From Phoronis australis (taxonomy: Eukaryota; Animalia; Phoronida), in the NCBI GenBank assembly GCA_002633005.1, contig NMRA01000046.1, positions 998,596-1,062,595 of the forward strand: DNA of 64,000 bases, read 5' to 3'. The stretch's first letter is position 1; each line of letters starts with the position of its first letter. The notes under the pieces are model-generated. The model was given only the letters and a program-made list of their open reading frames with translations, made no database searches and was not told the DNA's origin. The translations under genes were made by a program, and so were the position numbers. This document shows positions 24,136-37,423 of this stretch, piece by piece.

Positions 24136-24952
24136 CTGAAAGTTGAAACAGCACATCAGATGAGAAAAGAAATAAATGCAGGATTAATAATTTTGGCCTT
24201 TAATTTCATGGTTGTGCCTATCCAATGGTGTGCAGCTCCAAAAATTGCATTTTGTTGATAAAGAGGTCTGGCAAAACAAGAACAAATCATGTGCAATATG
24301 CAACACTTGTGCAATATGCAACTCTTTCTGCCCTTTTACCTAATGAAGCAACTGCACAGCACTACAACTTAACAAGGCATCATTCAATAAGTCAAACGTG
24401 TCCGCTACTGCATCTGGCTGCAACATGAAAGTACCCCAGAGTATAAACAGGTGGCAATAGCAACTATTTGTCCCAAGTCAAGGCAGCAGTCAACAGTAGT
24501 TTATCAATCTACCATCACCAGAAGCCTTAGAAAAGGTGACTATCTAGCTAAGTCTCTTTCACAGCCATACATGTTATAACATGCTAACCATGCAAAGTCC
24601 CTATCCTAAACATTATAAGGATTAAGATTCATGGAACTGTCACAATGAAGTAACAACAAATGGAGCATGCAACTTTGACATCATAATTACACAATAATTT
24701 CACAACTACCTTGAACATCCTCACATTCAGTAGACACAAGTGACTTTGAAAAGACTCCCACACTCATCCGAATTTTTCATTTCGAGTACTTAATAATGAA
24801 CTCAAATTCAACAAAGGTTCATTCACAATAAGAGTTAATTATTTACACGAGTGGACAAAATGTTCATTCCAACTGTAAGATAATTGTCAACTGTCATGAA
24901 AAACTTCCAGCAAATGTTACCATTATCTTTCTTCAACCCTTGAAATTATGTA

Positions 24953-26622
24953 TTTCCAGAATTTTCCATGACTGACTAATATTAAGTGGTAATCTTTGCA
25001 TTAAAATTTCTTGCAATCATTTACACTCACCTGACCACAGTTTTTCATGAAAATTGTTGTTTTTACTTTGGGCACGAATTTGAAAAACCTAAACTGCGAG
25101 CAACTTTGTGTTCAAACTAAATAATCTTACTGTCAATACAATAATTCAAGGAAAATAAAAGACCTGAAAAACAGTTTCTTTGACCATATACCAAACCATA
25201 AGTGTGCAATTTCATGCGACTTAAACCGTTAATAAATATTTTCGCATAACAAAAATCAGTAGAAGTTGTTCCAAACATCTCCGAGATTTGGGAAATAAGT
25301 ACTACGTTTAAAAATGTTACAAGTACAGTAGCAAAAATATAGACATAATTTAATATGTGAATATCTAATTTTGGTAAAAGAAATTTTCACAAAGGTTGAC
25401 AATTACTTTGAAATGTTAATATTTAACAATGCTTGGTAGTTTTCTGTACACTGGCTTCGTAAAATAAACATTACTTTCAGACAATTTTCCATGTATTTTT
25501 GATTCCTTGTCAGAAACAAATTTTCATGACATCAAAGTGTGACCATTTACCTCCACCTCACAACTCCTCCAACAGGGGGGGGTGCATTTTGTACACTTGT
25601 GAAAAGAGCTGTAAATGTGAACGGTCCCTCACAAAATTCAAATGAAGTACTGAGAAGTGTCAAAGTATGACTGGATATTTATCCGTACTCTTAGGCCATC
25701 ATGGATGCAACAAAGACTACCTAAAGTTTGGCTGGATATTTATCCAAACTCTTAGGCCATCATGGATGCAACAAAGACTACCTAAAGTTTGGCTGGATAT
25801 TTATCCAAACTCTTAGGCCATCATGGATGCAACAAAGACTACCTAANTTTCCAGAATTTTCCATGACTGACTAATATTAAGTGGTAATCTTTGCATTAAA
25901 ATTTCTTGCAATCATTTACACTCACCTGACCACAATTTTTCATGAAAATTGTTGTTTTTACTTTGGACACGAATTTGAAAAACCTAAACTGCGAGCAACT
26001 TTGTGTTCAAACTAAATAATCTTACTGTCAATACAATAATTCAAGGAAAATAAAAGACCTGAAAAACAGTTTCCTATGACCATATACCAAAACATAAGTG
26101 TGCAATTTCATGCGACATAAACCGTCAATAAAGATTTTCGCATAACAAAAATCAATAGAAGTTTTTCCAAACATCTCCGAGATTTGGGAAATAAGTACTA
26201 CATTTTAAAAATGTTACAAGAACAGTAGCAAAAATATAGACGTAATTTAATATTTAATATATGAATATCTAATTTTGGTAAAAGAAATTTTCACAAAGGT
26301 TGACAATTACTTTGAAATGTTAATATTTAAAAATGCTTGATAGTTTTCTGTACACTGGCTTCATAAAATAAACATTACTTTCAGCGAATTCTCCATGTAT
26401 TTTTGATTCCTTGTCACAAATTTCATGACATCAAAGTGTGACCATTTACCTCCACCTCATAACTCCTCCAACAGGGGGGGTGCATTTTGTACACTTGTGA
26501 AAAGAGCTGTAAATGTGAACGGTCCCTTACAAAATTCAAATGAAGTAGTGAGAAGTGTCAAAGTATGACTGGATATTTATCCGAACTCTTCGGCCATCAT
26601 GGATGCAACAAAGACTACCTAA
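24953..26622. repeat. About 770-bp direct duplication (24953-25723 / 25848-26622) across the N at 25847; a 61-bp unit is present x3 in one copy and x1 in the other
   Basis: Near-identical intronic copies with scattered SNPs and indels; the junction is the N. Confidence 0.85.
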
Positions 26623-27295
26623 CTTACACTTTGTGTATCACTCTCGGTTAACTGAAATGACAACACGGTGTTATCAGTTTGAACGACATGTAAGTTAGCG
26701 CCTGCAACTACAAAAATATCTCAATCTCACTGGTTCATAACTTTAACAAGGCATCTGATAACTATTTAGTTAATCGCTCTATGCTGCAATTATTGAGTAA
26801 ATATTCGTTGCTGGAAAATATACTGTACTATGTTCATACACGATCTTTAATTGCTGTACAAAAAGTGCAAAATGACTGGTCTCAAATTCGCCTATAAGAA
26901 AGTCTGTGGATGTGCTTAACATACCAGACTGACTCTTGGTTGGATTGTGCACCTTGGAGCAAAGTGGTGTAATATTGAGACAACAGAGTCGAGATGATCT
27001 GGAACATTTCATGTTTACACATGCACTAATGTGTCCGTAAGGGCTAACACTGAAATAGTCTAAAATGTTTGCCATCATTTGAAAAACAAAGCCTATCAAT
27101 GCATTGTGGTGACTGGTTGGTTTTGTACATGGAGTGAGTCCATGGCAATGTCGTAATGCAATGTTCACTAAATCCAACAGCAACAAACGTCTATATTTGT
27201 CCACATACTGTAGCACACATCATTACACAATGGCGACAACTTGTCATTCCACAAAGAACAAGAACCTCTGGCAGAAGTCTGAAGAAGAAACTCAC

Positions 27296-27457
27296 CTTGA
27301 CTGTCTCTTCTGACACAAAGATAATGAGATAGACACAGCCACCAAGAATGGCCAGCACAAGAAGTATCATTATGATTCTTATCAGGTATACTCTACACAG
27401 CTGCCCTCGTGTCCGGCTACTGCGACGAACCTCATCTCTCTCCTCTTGAAGATCCAT
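27296..27457 (-). CDS. TMC7-like exon 8 (MDLQEERDEVRRSSRT...RIIMILLVLAILGGCVYLI)
   Basis: DL.EE...R + TM segment; phase 0/0. Confidence 0.92.
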
Positions 27458-28367
27458 CTACAATGGATACATATGATTTACAAACTAAACTATGCACAAA
27501 TTAACACGTACAGTCGTGTTTTCAATCAAATTAACAGAGTAATTTGACAATAGACCCTCCTGTAGACAAAATTTTAATTTTAATTTTAATCATTAGTTTT
27601 GTTATATCACTGTGCCATCATTGCACTGCGAACGACCATCAACGATACAAAGAGCTCGACAGATATTGTTGAAAATTGTAGTATGTTTAACAAACTAATA
27701 TGTGTAAACAAAAGCACATTCTCGTTTCTAAGAACTCCGTCATTAATTAGTTACTGCACTATATCATTCCAATGCACTTCAATTTCAGTCGATCTCTCGC
27801 ATCATTTTCGCGAAGACAAGATCAACTGGTAACGTATCTTTTACGAAATCCGTTTATGTAGAACAGAACAGTTGTGGAAAAAGAAAAAGCAAGAAAAGGT
27901 TCTTGTGTTGATTTTTTAAATCATAATTCTAGTTGATATTTGAGTGAATAAACAAACTGTAATATTTACCCAAATCTAATACAGCCACACAAGAGCAGGT
28001 AAACATGTTGACAAAAAGCACCTGATTATATTCAAAGGTAAAGGCTAGTTTAACACAACTAATGCATAGCTAGTGAAAATATTTAGCAAATTAAAACAGT
28101 GAGGAATCTTGCTATTAATTATAAGCATGCAGATATCAAGGTCATAGGTTTTAATCTGCAAAAGTTCTACTTTAAATATTTTTTTTACATTTTTCAGAAA
28201 TTGCGATGCATTGTGATCAATGAAACTCTTCCACAAAAACCTGGCCAGAAATAATATGAACAAAGACAAGAAAACAACACGCATCTAGTACATAGTCTAC
28301 TTACAGTGAATTAATAATAAGAACAAAGACAAGAAAACAACACACATCTAGTACATAGTCTACTTAC

Positions 28368-28515
28368 AGTGAATTCAAAATACAAGCTCTTGTGCTTGAG
28401 ATCTGCATTAATTTCATCTCTGAGAGCAAAGTCCCAGCCACCAAACACTTGATTACAGTATTGGTAGTGCTTGTCTTCACTTGCTACTAGTGAAGTCTGG
28501 AACCCTTTGGCAGTG
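28368..28515 (-). CDS. TMC7-like exon 7 (YCNQVFGGWDF...LKHKSL)
   Basis: Y.N.VF.GWDF TMC motif. Confidence 0.93.
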
Positions 28516-29849
28516 CTGTAGAGTTAAGACAAACTCTTTAAAATATTATATTGACAATAAATATCATTTGGTCAGAAACATTATTTTACAAACAATTGCA
28601 GTGCTCAATTTGGCAACCTGCAGCTAGTCAATGCAACCTCAGATTGTGTTTGGTGACCTGAGAAAAATCCCAAGTCGCCACAGTGAGGATCAGAGTCAAC
28701 AATAATTCCCCAGAAATTCGTTTCAAAGCTTGTGGTGACTTAAAAACTCCAAACTTTAAATACCTAACATTTTCCTAGATTTAATACCTGTGGTTCACAA
28801 TTTTTACATTTATTTTGTGAATTCAGTGCATTTGACACCCTCAACAGTCAGCACACATCAGCTTGAGAAAACATGCTTAAATTACAACAGGAAAAAAACA
28901 GACAGAAGTCAGAATTGTTCAGCAAAAATCGGACAAGATCGGATCATGAAACTTGTGCCTCCAGTGTTGTTTGCGTTCTTTGGTGACAGGAGGAATTGAG
29001 TTAGAGATTGAATGGTGCATATTTTATGGGGAGAAATTAGAGGTATGCATAATTTTCTGAGAATGATGTAAAATCCTTTTTAACCAACAATTAATTTCGA
29101 CATAAGTTTTGGTGACCTCAGATTTTGTTCGTCAACCTGGAATTTTTGCCAGGCATCAAGATAAGCATCAAATGCCGAATTAAGATAGAGTCATGCTTTG
29201 TTGATGCTTACACAGAACGTTGCCTAGTTATATTCCTAATACCATTTGTTAAATCAAGTTTAGAGTGTAAAAAAGTAAGATACATTGATTCAGGATAAAA
29301 CCTATTCATTTCTCCCATCGGGTCCTGATAAGAAAGAACGAACTGTATATTCACAAGAAACTATAAAGGCTTAGTATAGACCAATAACATGGTTATATAG
29401 GGCAGTAGATGCATCATTTACTAACACTTAAAACTCATGTGTCTTGTACCCTAACTCACCGATGCAAAAAGAACAGTAAAAATTTATTAAGTTGAGAGCT
29501 ACATTGGGAGCGGAAAAAATTCAAAGGACGATAAAATAAGAATGAAATGGTCCATCAAGCTAAGATAACTCGTATGAGCTCCATTCAGACTACATCAAAA
29601 TCGCACAAAATAAGAAGTGTTAACTTATTTTAAGAGACAATTCGTTTGCAGATACCAAAATTAAATATTTGCCACTCACAATTGTGTGATATATGATGTC
29701 CCAAGGTAAAAGTCATGCTACCTAAACAGCTAACTACAACTTAAATAAAATTACATCCTTCTTCAAGTGACATATCTGACAGTTATCGCAAATATTTGGA
29801 GCTTGCCAATAACAGAACAGCAAGGTATAACATTGAAACACAGACTTAC

Positions 29850-30010
29850 TGCCGGGCCATCAGAAACAGGCTGATCAATATGTAGGCGCCTACAACACAG
29901 AGATATGCCAGAGGCATGTTATAGTTGTAGGCAACATTGTTGAAGACACCGATGCTGACCTCTGTATTGTAGTAGTGACCTATGAACAACACAGTCTGCT
30001 CTAGGTAACC
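29850..30010 (-). CDS. TMC7-like exon 6 (GYLEQTVLFIGHY...YNMPLAYL)
   Basis: G.LE.T.LF.G.Y and Y.MPLAY motifs. Confidence 0.93.
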
Positions 30011-30503
30011 CTGTAAGATGGAATCAGAGAGTTTAACAGGGAATCAAATACATATCGCTCCTATGCTTACAGCACTACATTAATGAAACTACATTCACCA
30101 CTTTATGCTTGATGATTTCGAGTTGACATAATTGTAGCTGTATAGCCTAACATATTACGACATATGAGAACTAAAATGCACTCCATATACATATTTCACT
30201 GTAATTCTACACCAATTAACTGAATGTTCAATACTTGACAGTTGGTCAATGTTGTCTCAAGCATTTTACAGGGTTAGAGACTGTTGACACTGCACTCATC
30301 CCTCAGGTTCACAAAATAAACACCCATAGTGCACCTAAGAAAATATGGTTTTCAAGCATATTTTGAAAGTTCTACTAAAACTTATATCCGGGTTAGAGGA
30401 ATGGTAGCACAGTGGACCAGGGGGTCAACTACAAGAAAAAAATTGCTGACCTCTAACTGAGTTAGCAGGAGGACTTAATTACAAGCATCATACATTCTCT
30501 TAC

Positions 30504-30745
30504 CGTTCCGCTGAAGAAGTCCAGTATTAGCTGCAGTACATCAGTGGTGTTCCATGTGACGTTATACTGGCCGCTACAGTAGTTGACAAGGTCTGAAGTG
30601 TTCGAGCTGTTGGCTATGGTAGTGACCGGGAAGGCGGCCTGTGGCACTAGGATGAACAGTAGCATCAAGAAGCCGATGTAGATATTGAGAAAGAAGAGCC
30701 ACTTCAAGAAGACAAAATAGGACGCAACACCGGATCCAAAGTGAC
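30504..30745 (-). CDS. TMC7-like exon 5 (GHFGSGVASYFVFLKWLFFLN...)
   Basis: G.FG.GV.SYF.FL.WL..LN TMC N-terminal motif. Confidence 0.95.
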
Positions 30746-30958
30746 CTGCAATACATATGGGTAGTTTTAGTTATTGGACATTTTGAGTTATGGTGCAAAC
30801 ATTTCGAGAGACATGCCCTTACATAATGTACTGGTTACCTCTAAGAACAGTTGAGAAACCTTACACAAAGTAATTCCAAATCAAACAAGAAATATTAGCA
30901 GATGGTTAGCGTCTAACTCAGGCTAGGCCTACCACCTTTTCACAATTTTCTCACACAC

Positions 30959-31040
30959 CTTCTATGGTGCGGAAAGACTTTCGCCAAAGCTCCAGCGACA
31001 TGGAGAACTCGCGACAAGCTATTTTGGTCTTGCTCCATGC
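30959..31040 (-). CDS. TMC7-like exon 4 (AWSKTK...LELWRKSFRTIEG)
   Basis: LW......IEG preceding HFG; phases fit. Confidence 0.9.
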
Positions 31041-31666
31041 CTACAATTGAAAAGAGTGTAAATGTTAATTAATACAACACTTAACAGTGATAACAGGGCT
31101 AAATACTTTGTATGAAAAAGATACATGGTTAAGTCAGTCAATATTATTCAAAGTAACTCTCATCAGTGACAGACCAAGTATTCCCAACACAGCAAGCCCT
31201 ACATGTTTACTCTGATTTGCTATGTGCGACAATTTAAAATACCCCAGGTAACAGACCCAAAATATAGCGAGAAATAAATTACGTGAAACTCCACTGCTTT
31301 ATTTACATTTCCAAAGGTGAATGAGTATATGCAGCTTTTCTTGACTGTCATAGAAAAGCCAACAACCCTAAGAATAAGTCCATTAGAATGGAGAATGAAC
31401 ACTAATTAGCAAAGACTCACTATATACTAATGTTCACATAAGATAGAGACTGATCACCCAATTACTGGCAAGTGAAAATCATAACAGGAAATTTTGACAG
31501 ATTGAGCATGCAAAATGAGCTTAAAATATACTATTTGGCAAACTGCTCAAGTACGATATGTGGTGACCGAAAGCAGAGTATATTCTCTGCAGCAGAGCAG
31601 TTACTGAGCTGTGGCAGTCCCATATTAAAATTCCCATGACTCCTTGCGCCCCCTTGTGGTACCTAC

Positions 31667-31736
31667 CAGTGATCGTCTGTAGCGCCAATGTGAACATCCT
31701 TGACCCACTTTGACAGGCTCAGTCAATAACTTGTCT
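31667..31736 (-). CDS. TMC7-like exon 3 (DKLLTEPVKVGQGCSHWRYRRSL)
   Basis: atttcag acceptor, gtaggt donor; phase 2/0 bridges exons 2 and 4. Confidence 0.75.
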
Positions 31737-32812
31737 CTGAAATAGGAGCAGAAATGCACACACTCCATGCATTGCAAGGAAACGACAGTTTGATGTCAAC
31801 TAAGCATTGGAAAATAATGCCGTAATTACAGATTTTTTTATTGCAACAAATTTGTAATTTCTGAAGTACTTGCTTCAATTAAATAAAAAAATGCAAATTG
31901 ATTACATTCAGAAAAATTGGTTTTGTGCTGGTTACTTAATATGCTATTATTAAGTATTAAAATTCTTTCTTAAGGAAAAGTCCTTCTCTCAAAGCTTTAT
32001 CATAAAAATTAATATTTTATGACAAAGAAATCATTCCAAATAAAAGAAATTTAACTGAGACCAAATTTTTTTCCATTTATTTCAAAGGTCACAGTAATTA
32101 AAATCGCAATGTTTTCCACTTGAAATGCTATCTAACTCAAACGAGTTTATGCAGAAAATCATGTCAAAATTTAGTCACTTGTATGCAGCAGCTGTAAACA
32201 TCAGACAACTGGAAGTCAGCAAATTGTTTCAAGACTATTTAAAGGTAAGTAAGCAATAAGTTAAGGGTACTTTCATGGAAACTTCCTGCCACAGATTGAC
32301 TGCTGGTACTTAACCTATATTGATTTATGTAGTAACAGCCATGGGAAACACTGCATGTAGGCATTTTTCTTCTGAAATAAAGCACGGTTTTACTGGAACT
32401 GACTGATTATTTAACTCAAAGGTAAAGTTGTGATGAGACAACCATTCACAAAAACATAAGTAACTATAAGGAAGTCCTACAGGTCTTATAATTTGGTGGT
32501 GAGTACTCAACCAAGCATGTAGTGAGTACTGAACCAAGCAACTAGGGTACTCGACATTTATTACTAATAAGTATTTGATTATGTTGATTTGGTATCCGGT
32601 TATGAGTGAAATTATAAGCCTGAGCATATAGAAATATATAGTTTAACCTAGAAAAAGTACATATTTCTGAAATCAAGCTCTCTATGCATTCAGGTGAACT
32701 GATCTACACCAGACCTTGATGAGGCCACAGTATACTTGCCTTAAAGAATGAGCAAAATTCCGCTACACAATTAGAAAATGTTGAATTTATTTATTGTTTG
32801 AAAATTAATCAC

Positions 32813-33075
32813 CTGTGCTGAGCTTGCCAAATCAATCTTTTACCAGAAGGATCACTGAGGGGTCCCCTATAACGGTCATCACTATAATGTAGTGAGGTTC
32901 CTTTTGACAGGAATTTACGTACATGTAAATTCCGCTTTGCTCGCACCCTTAACACATTTTCATTCTCCAATGTTCTCACATCTGTGTCATTAACATTCCG
33001 TTGAAAGTCCACAAGTCCAACACTGCTGGTTGGATGGACTTTATTGTTTCGTCGACGTACACTGTTAGAACTCAT
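32813..33075 (-). CDS. Candidate alternative TMC exon (cassette 32813-33061, or alternative first exon from ATG 33075)
   Basis: Open frame with a phase-2 donor (CAG|GTGATT) compatible with exon 3, and a pyrimidine-rich ttctaacag acceptor in phase 2. Confidence 0.45.
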
Positions 33076-33479
33076 GGTCAAGGAATGGAAAAGTACACTA
33101 TCAATCCAGCTTCAACCTTGTTACATAGTCAGCCATAGAACAACTCAATGTGAAACCTGATCGTCCTTGTGGTATTTCAGAGTACAGAAGAGTTACCTGT
33201 TCTCCAGGTAACCAGAGAACCTGAGAACTGAGAGCAGTTATCAGCCAATACAAACTGAGATCAACACCATGATTAATAGGCAAAGGTTTTAAACTGGTCC
33301 ACAACTTGGCAAGTAATACTTCCTGGTCTTTTTAATATCCTCCTGAGGTTTGAAAACTTATGTAACCAGTTCCAGTGGTTATAGCTCTACCCTTGGTGCA
33401 GTGTGTTACATTACCAGCCAGATGACAGCAATATTACCCAACACAGACCACTACAGTGGTATGGATCAATTTCTGAATT

Positions 33480-34330
33480 ATTGATAGTGACAACAATGTA
33501 CTGACAACAATGGTACATTGTTAATATTAATTCACAAACTAAGGTCTATTCAGTCAAGACAATAGATCCATTGAAGATAGAACATGAAGACTATTGAAAG
33601 CCAATCCAACTTCATATATAGTGGATATCCCTGGAAACATCTCAAGTGGATGAATTCATAACACAATGTTTCCTCATCTACTTCCTATATGAGGTTCAAC
33701 AGCATGCAACCCAAATTCCAGTGACACTATAGCTCCAACTTCCAATCCCAGTCACAAGTAATACTGAGTCTTGGACATAGTACTGGCCAACAACAAGTCT
33801 CCACATAGAGTCAGCCTTCCAAGTTCTGTGCAATTCCCCAACTGATCACTATGGTGACTAGCACAATTAAGGCTGACGTAAAACTCCTCAGGTAAGCCAA
33901 TAGACCAGTATACGAATGAGGGACAGCAAACAAATTACACTCTCTAGAGGAGATAAATCAATACCAAAACCATTGACTGTTTATGGTGCTTTCTACTTGT
34001 GATAACATTTAGCAACAAAAACTATATGATTAAGAACAACACATAAATTCATTTCCCATCTAATTTCAGAAAATCACAAAACATTAAAAAACGAAAAAAA
34101 TAAGCAAATACATCCTCTCCAGGTGGCACTGCCTCCAATGGCTTGGACACAAATCTTTCAAAACATGTCTAAACCTTATTATCTTATCAGCATGGCGTTA
34201 AACTTATCTCCTCACCAACAAAACAAACATACTTCAACTATTCAAACCAGCTTACCAACCGATAATCATAATCTAGCCAGCCTGGAAACGCCAATAAAAA
34301 GATGTAATCATTTCTTAACTTTTTAGCAAA
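33480..34330 (+). mobile_element. Possible highly decayed LINE (CR1/L2-like) endonuclease-linker remnant
   Basis: A/C-rich coding-like composition with an LDIVLAN...TDH-like APE end motif; many stops. Confidence 0.25.
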
Positions 34331-34534
34331 AACGAAATAAATATGCAGTGGCTACAGATAAGGTGACTTAAACTGAATTAACTTCTCAGAAATTTATCAG
34401 ACTATTCTCACAAACAGGTCTAAGAATGAAGATTAAACTATACCGGGAAATGTATTAGGAGTACGTATACTTACCTACTCATCAACAGACATGCAGGACA
34501 CTACAACTTTGGCTAACTTAAGAGAATCACATCT

Positions 34535-34620
34535 CATAAATAGCTGATCAGATTCATAAATAGCTGATCAGATTCATAAATAGCTGATCAGATTCATAAA
34601 TAGCTGATCAGATTCATAAA
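34535..34620. repeat. Tandem repeat, 20-bp unit CATAAATAGCTGATCAGATT x4
   Basis: Perfect copies. Confidence 0.95.
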
Positions 34621-35811
34621 CTTTCAGATAATATGCTTTATGTACTCTTCTCCGAAACGCTGATACGAATTAATTTTAAAGTGATATTTTGCGAACAAGG
34701 CAATCAAAAACAAGACTTTTATGATTTACTATGAAAAACTCAAAAGTTGCATAAAACGAAAACGAAAAGAATTTAAGAAACAGTAAAAGTTTTTTGAGAT
34801 TTCATCTTGAAAATCTATGTAACAATTGTTACTAATGCCATTGTTTTGGTATCAGTGTACCTTTCATTTATGCTAAATTTCACTAAAAGGACATAGTCAC
34901 ATCACCAAGTCAATAGCATGCTGGGACAAAGTAAAAATAGAATTTCACAGGATTTCTACTTTCAGAAAATATGAACAGAGATAATTTGATAGTTTTGTAG
35001 ATCATTTGCTTAGTGCAAGGACTGGTCAATAAAGTCCTACATAACCACAAGCATAATTTCGAAAAACTTGTCATGAACAATAAAAATGACACTTAGATGC
35101 AGATATAAAAGTGGTTGCAGTCAATCAATACAAAGTGACTAAACACTTGTGCACCCTTTTAATATTATATCAGTACAAAGTGACTGAAAATTTGTGCAGC
35201 TTTTTAATATTATATTTGCAACCATGCCTTAAAATTATCTATCATAATGAAACGCTTGTTATAACCATATTTGCACAAAATCATGAAATCATTAAATTCT
35301 ACTTTCACCTGACTTTATCAGAGCAATTCCAACATGTATTTGGGGACAACCCTGACCAGGGATTTGTGGGTATTTGAACAGACAAATAATGAATCAATCA
35401 TGTCTCACATGATAATGACAAAACTACATGCAAGATGTAGACATAGAATACAAAGTAATGGAAAACATAAACATTAACTGCTAAGTTAAACCTAAGCCCA
35501 CCACCTAAGTAAAGAGAATGTGTGGGCACATTGTAGTATACATAGGGGTATGTGCAAGGGTTTTGTTGATATGACACTGGACATATAACCAAACAAGCAA
35601 GTTATTCAAGCAAGTGAGAACTTTATGTTGTAAAATATGTCAAAGTTGATTATGCCCAGAATTATCTTTTCAATGGCTCGCTTCCAAACTGATTATTTTC
35701 TTACACAAGCAGAAAGTGCTTATGTTGTGGTTTTAGGATATTAAGTCTACTATATTCTACTGAAGATCTTGAAAATATTGTATTGCTCACGAAATTTTAG
35801 CAGTTCAAACA

Positions 35812-37423
35812 CACGGGTGAGAAACAACATGACCGCCGGTCCTCTTAAATCGGACCGACTCACCCAAAACAGGACCTCCAGGGATCAAATGGTACCGTCG
35901 CACCAGAAAATGGGACTGACGCACCTAAAAACATGACTGCCCCACCAGAAAACAGGACCGTCGGGGACTGAACACGACCGCTGGGGATTGAAACAGCAGT
36001 GACAAACAAGTTAAGATTTATTACCGGTAGGCCTACACAGATCATACAATGGAGCTATATACGTATGCATATGCAGGTCTTGTGCCGATTACTCCAACGA
36101 AATCTTTTGTGTGCTACAGGACACTTCGCTTTGTAACAAGCGGCGCTTTTGAGTTTTAACCACAAACCAACCACGTTGCACGCTTTTGAGCTAAATAATT
36201 ATAACTTTATCCACTGCGTAAGTTTTAGAACAAAATGAAAATCGTTTTCTCCAATTTGACGTTTTAGTCAAGAAAAAAAAATGGGCGTTCTGGTTCTCGG
36301 GTGAAGCATCATAACTAGCCTTTGTGCGGCAAAGCAGTATACTAAATACACAGCTAGGCGCCGATGTGGCTAAAACACTGAACATGTAAAATCTTCACCG
36401 AATTAGTGTTATTAACGACACTCTTCCTTGAGTAAACTAAATTATTTATCGGCGCTCGCCGGGAAAATTGTCGTTCTGTCGTTATTCAGCTGCTAAAATT
36501 GAGATGTGTTCTTTTAGGTCGGCTTACATTGACCAGTTCCTTAATTGACCTATCGCAAGCTCCGCCCCTTGCGTAATGTCGAGTAACAAACAATAAGTTT
36601 TACCCAGCAACATGTTGTTTGTCGGGTAAAATGGCGGCTTGGAAACGAAGGTGTGTCAATAATGCTGCGTTCTAAATGGTCAGTTAAGTCGTCACTCAAA
36701 ATCCTGGCGATAAGTCAATTTTTTCACCGTTCAGTCAGCTCTTCTTCTCTTCTACGAGGTTGCTTACATGGCACAACAAATTATCGGAACTGGTTTCATT
36801 TCGTCATAAGTTTTTAGTATTTTAATACCAGCAAATCGAATTTCAGAACAAATCGTACTGCTGCAAAGTTGAGTCATCATCTTCCGAAAGATGTCGCAAA
36901 CTTTTAGGACATGTCGCGTGCTCATGTCATGAGCACTACAGACTTTTTTGTTACATTAGGCAAACAAATGACATTAATTAGATTGTTTTTCACTTAAGCG
37001 GCTGCAACCTGCAAGGTGAGTGTTGATTGACTCCTAGATTTTGCATGCGCCTGCTCTGCTCGCCAACTCTACATGTTGATATAAGTTTCACGACGAGGTG
37101 ATGAGCAGAACTATGGGAAATTTCGGGGATGTAATGAAGCTCCATAACGCAGTGCTACCAAGCTTTATTTTAGCGAGTCTTTACACAGCTAGCTGACCGG
37201 TTACATAATCACAAGCAGTATCATACAAAGACAATGATAACTACATATTGTCCGGCAGTCGTGTTCAGTCCCCGGCGGTCCTGTTTTCTGGTGGGGCGGT
37301 CATGTTTTTAGGTGCGTCAGTCCCATTTTCTGGTGCGACGGTCCCATTTGATCCAGGGAGGTCCTGTTTTGGGCGAGTCAGTCCGATTTAGAGGACCAGC
37401 GGTCATGTTGTTTCTCACCCGTG
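35812..37423. mobile_element. Non-autonomous transposon with about 170-bp TIRs, CAC...GTG termini and 5-bp TSD (Transib-like or hAT5-like)
   Basis: CACGGGTGAGAAACAACATGACC... is mirrored at 37250-37423; AAACA at 35807-35811 and 37424-37428. Confidence 0.85.
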
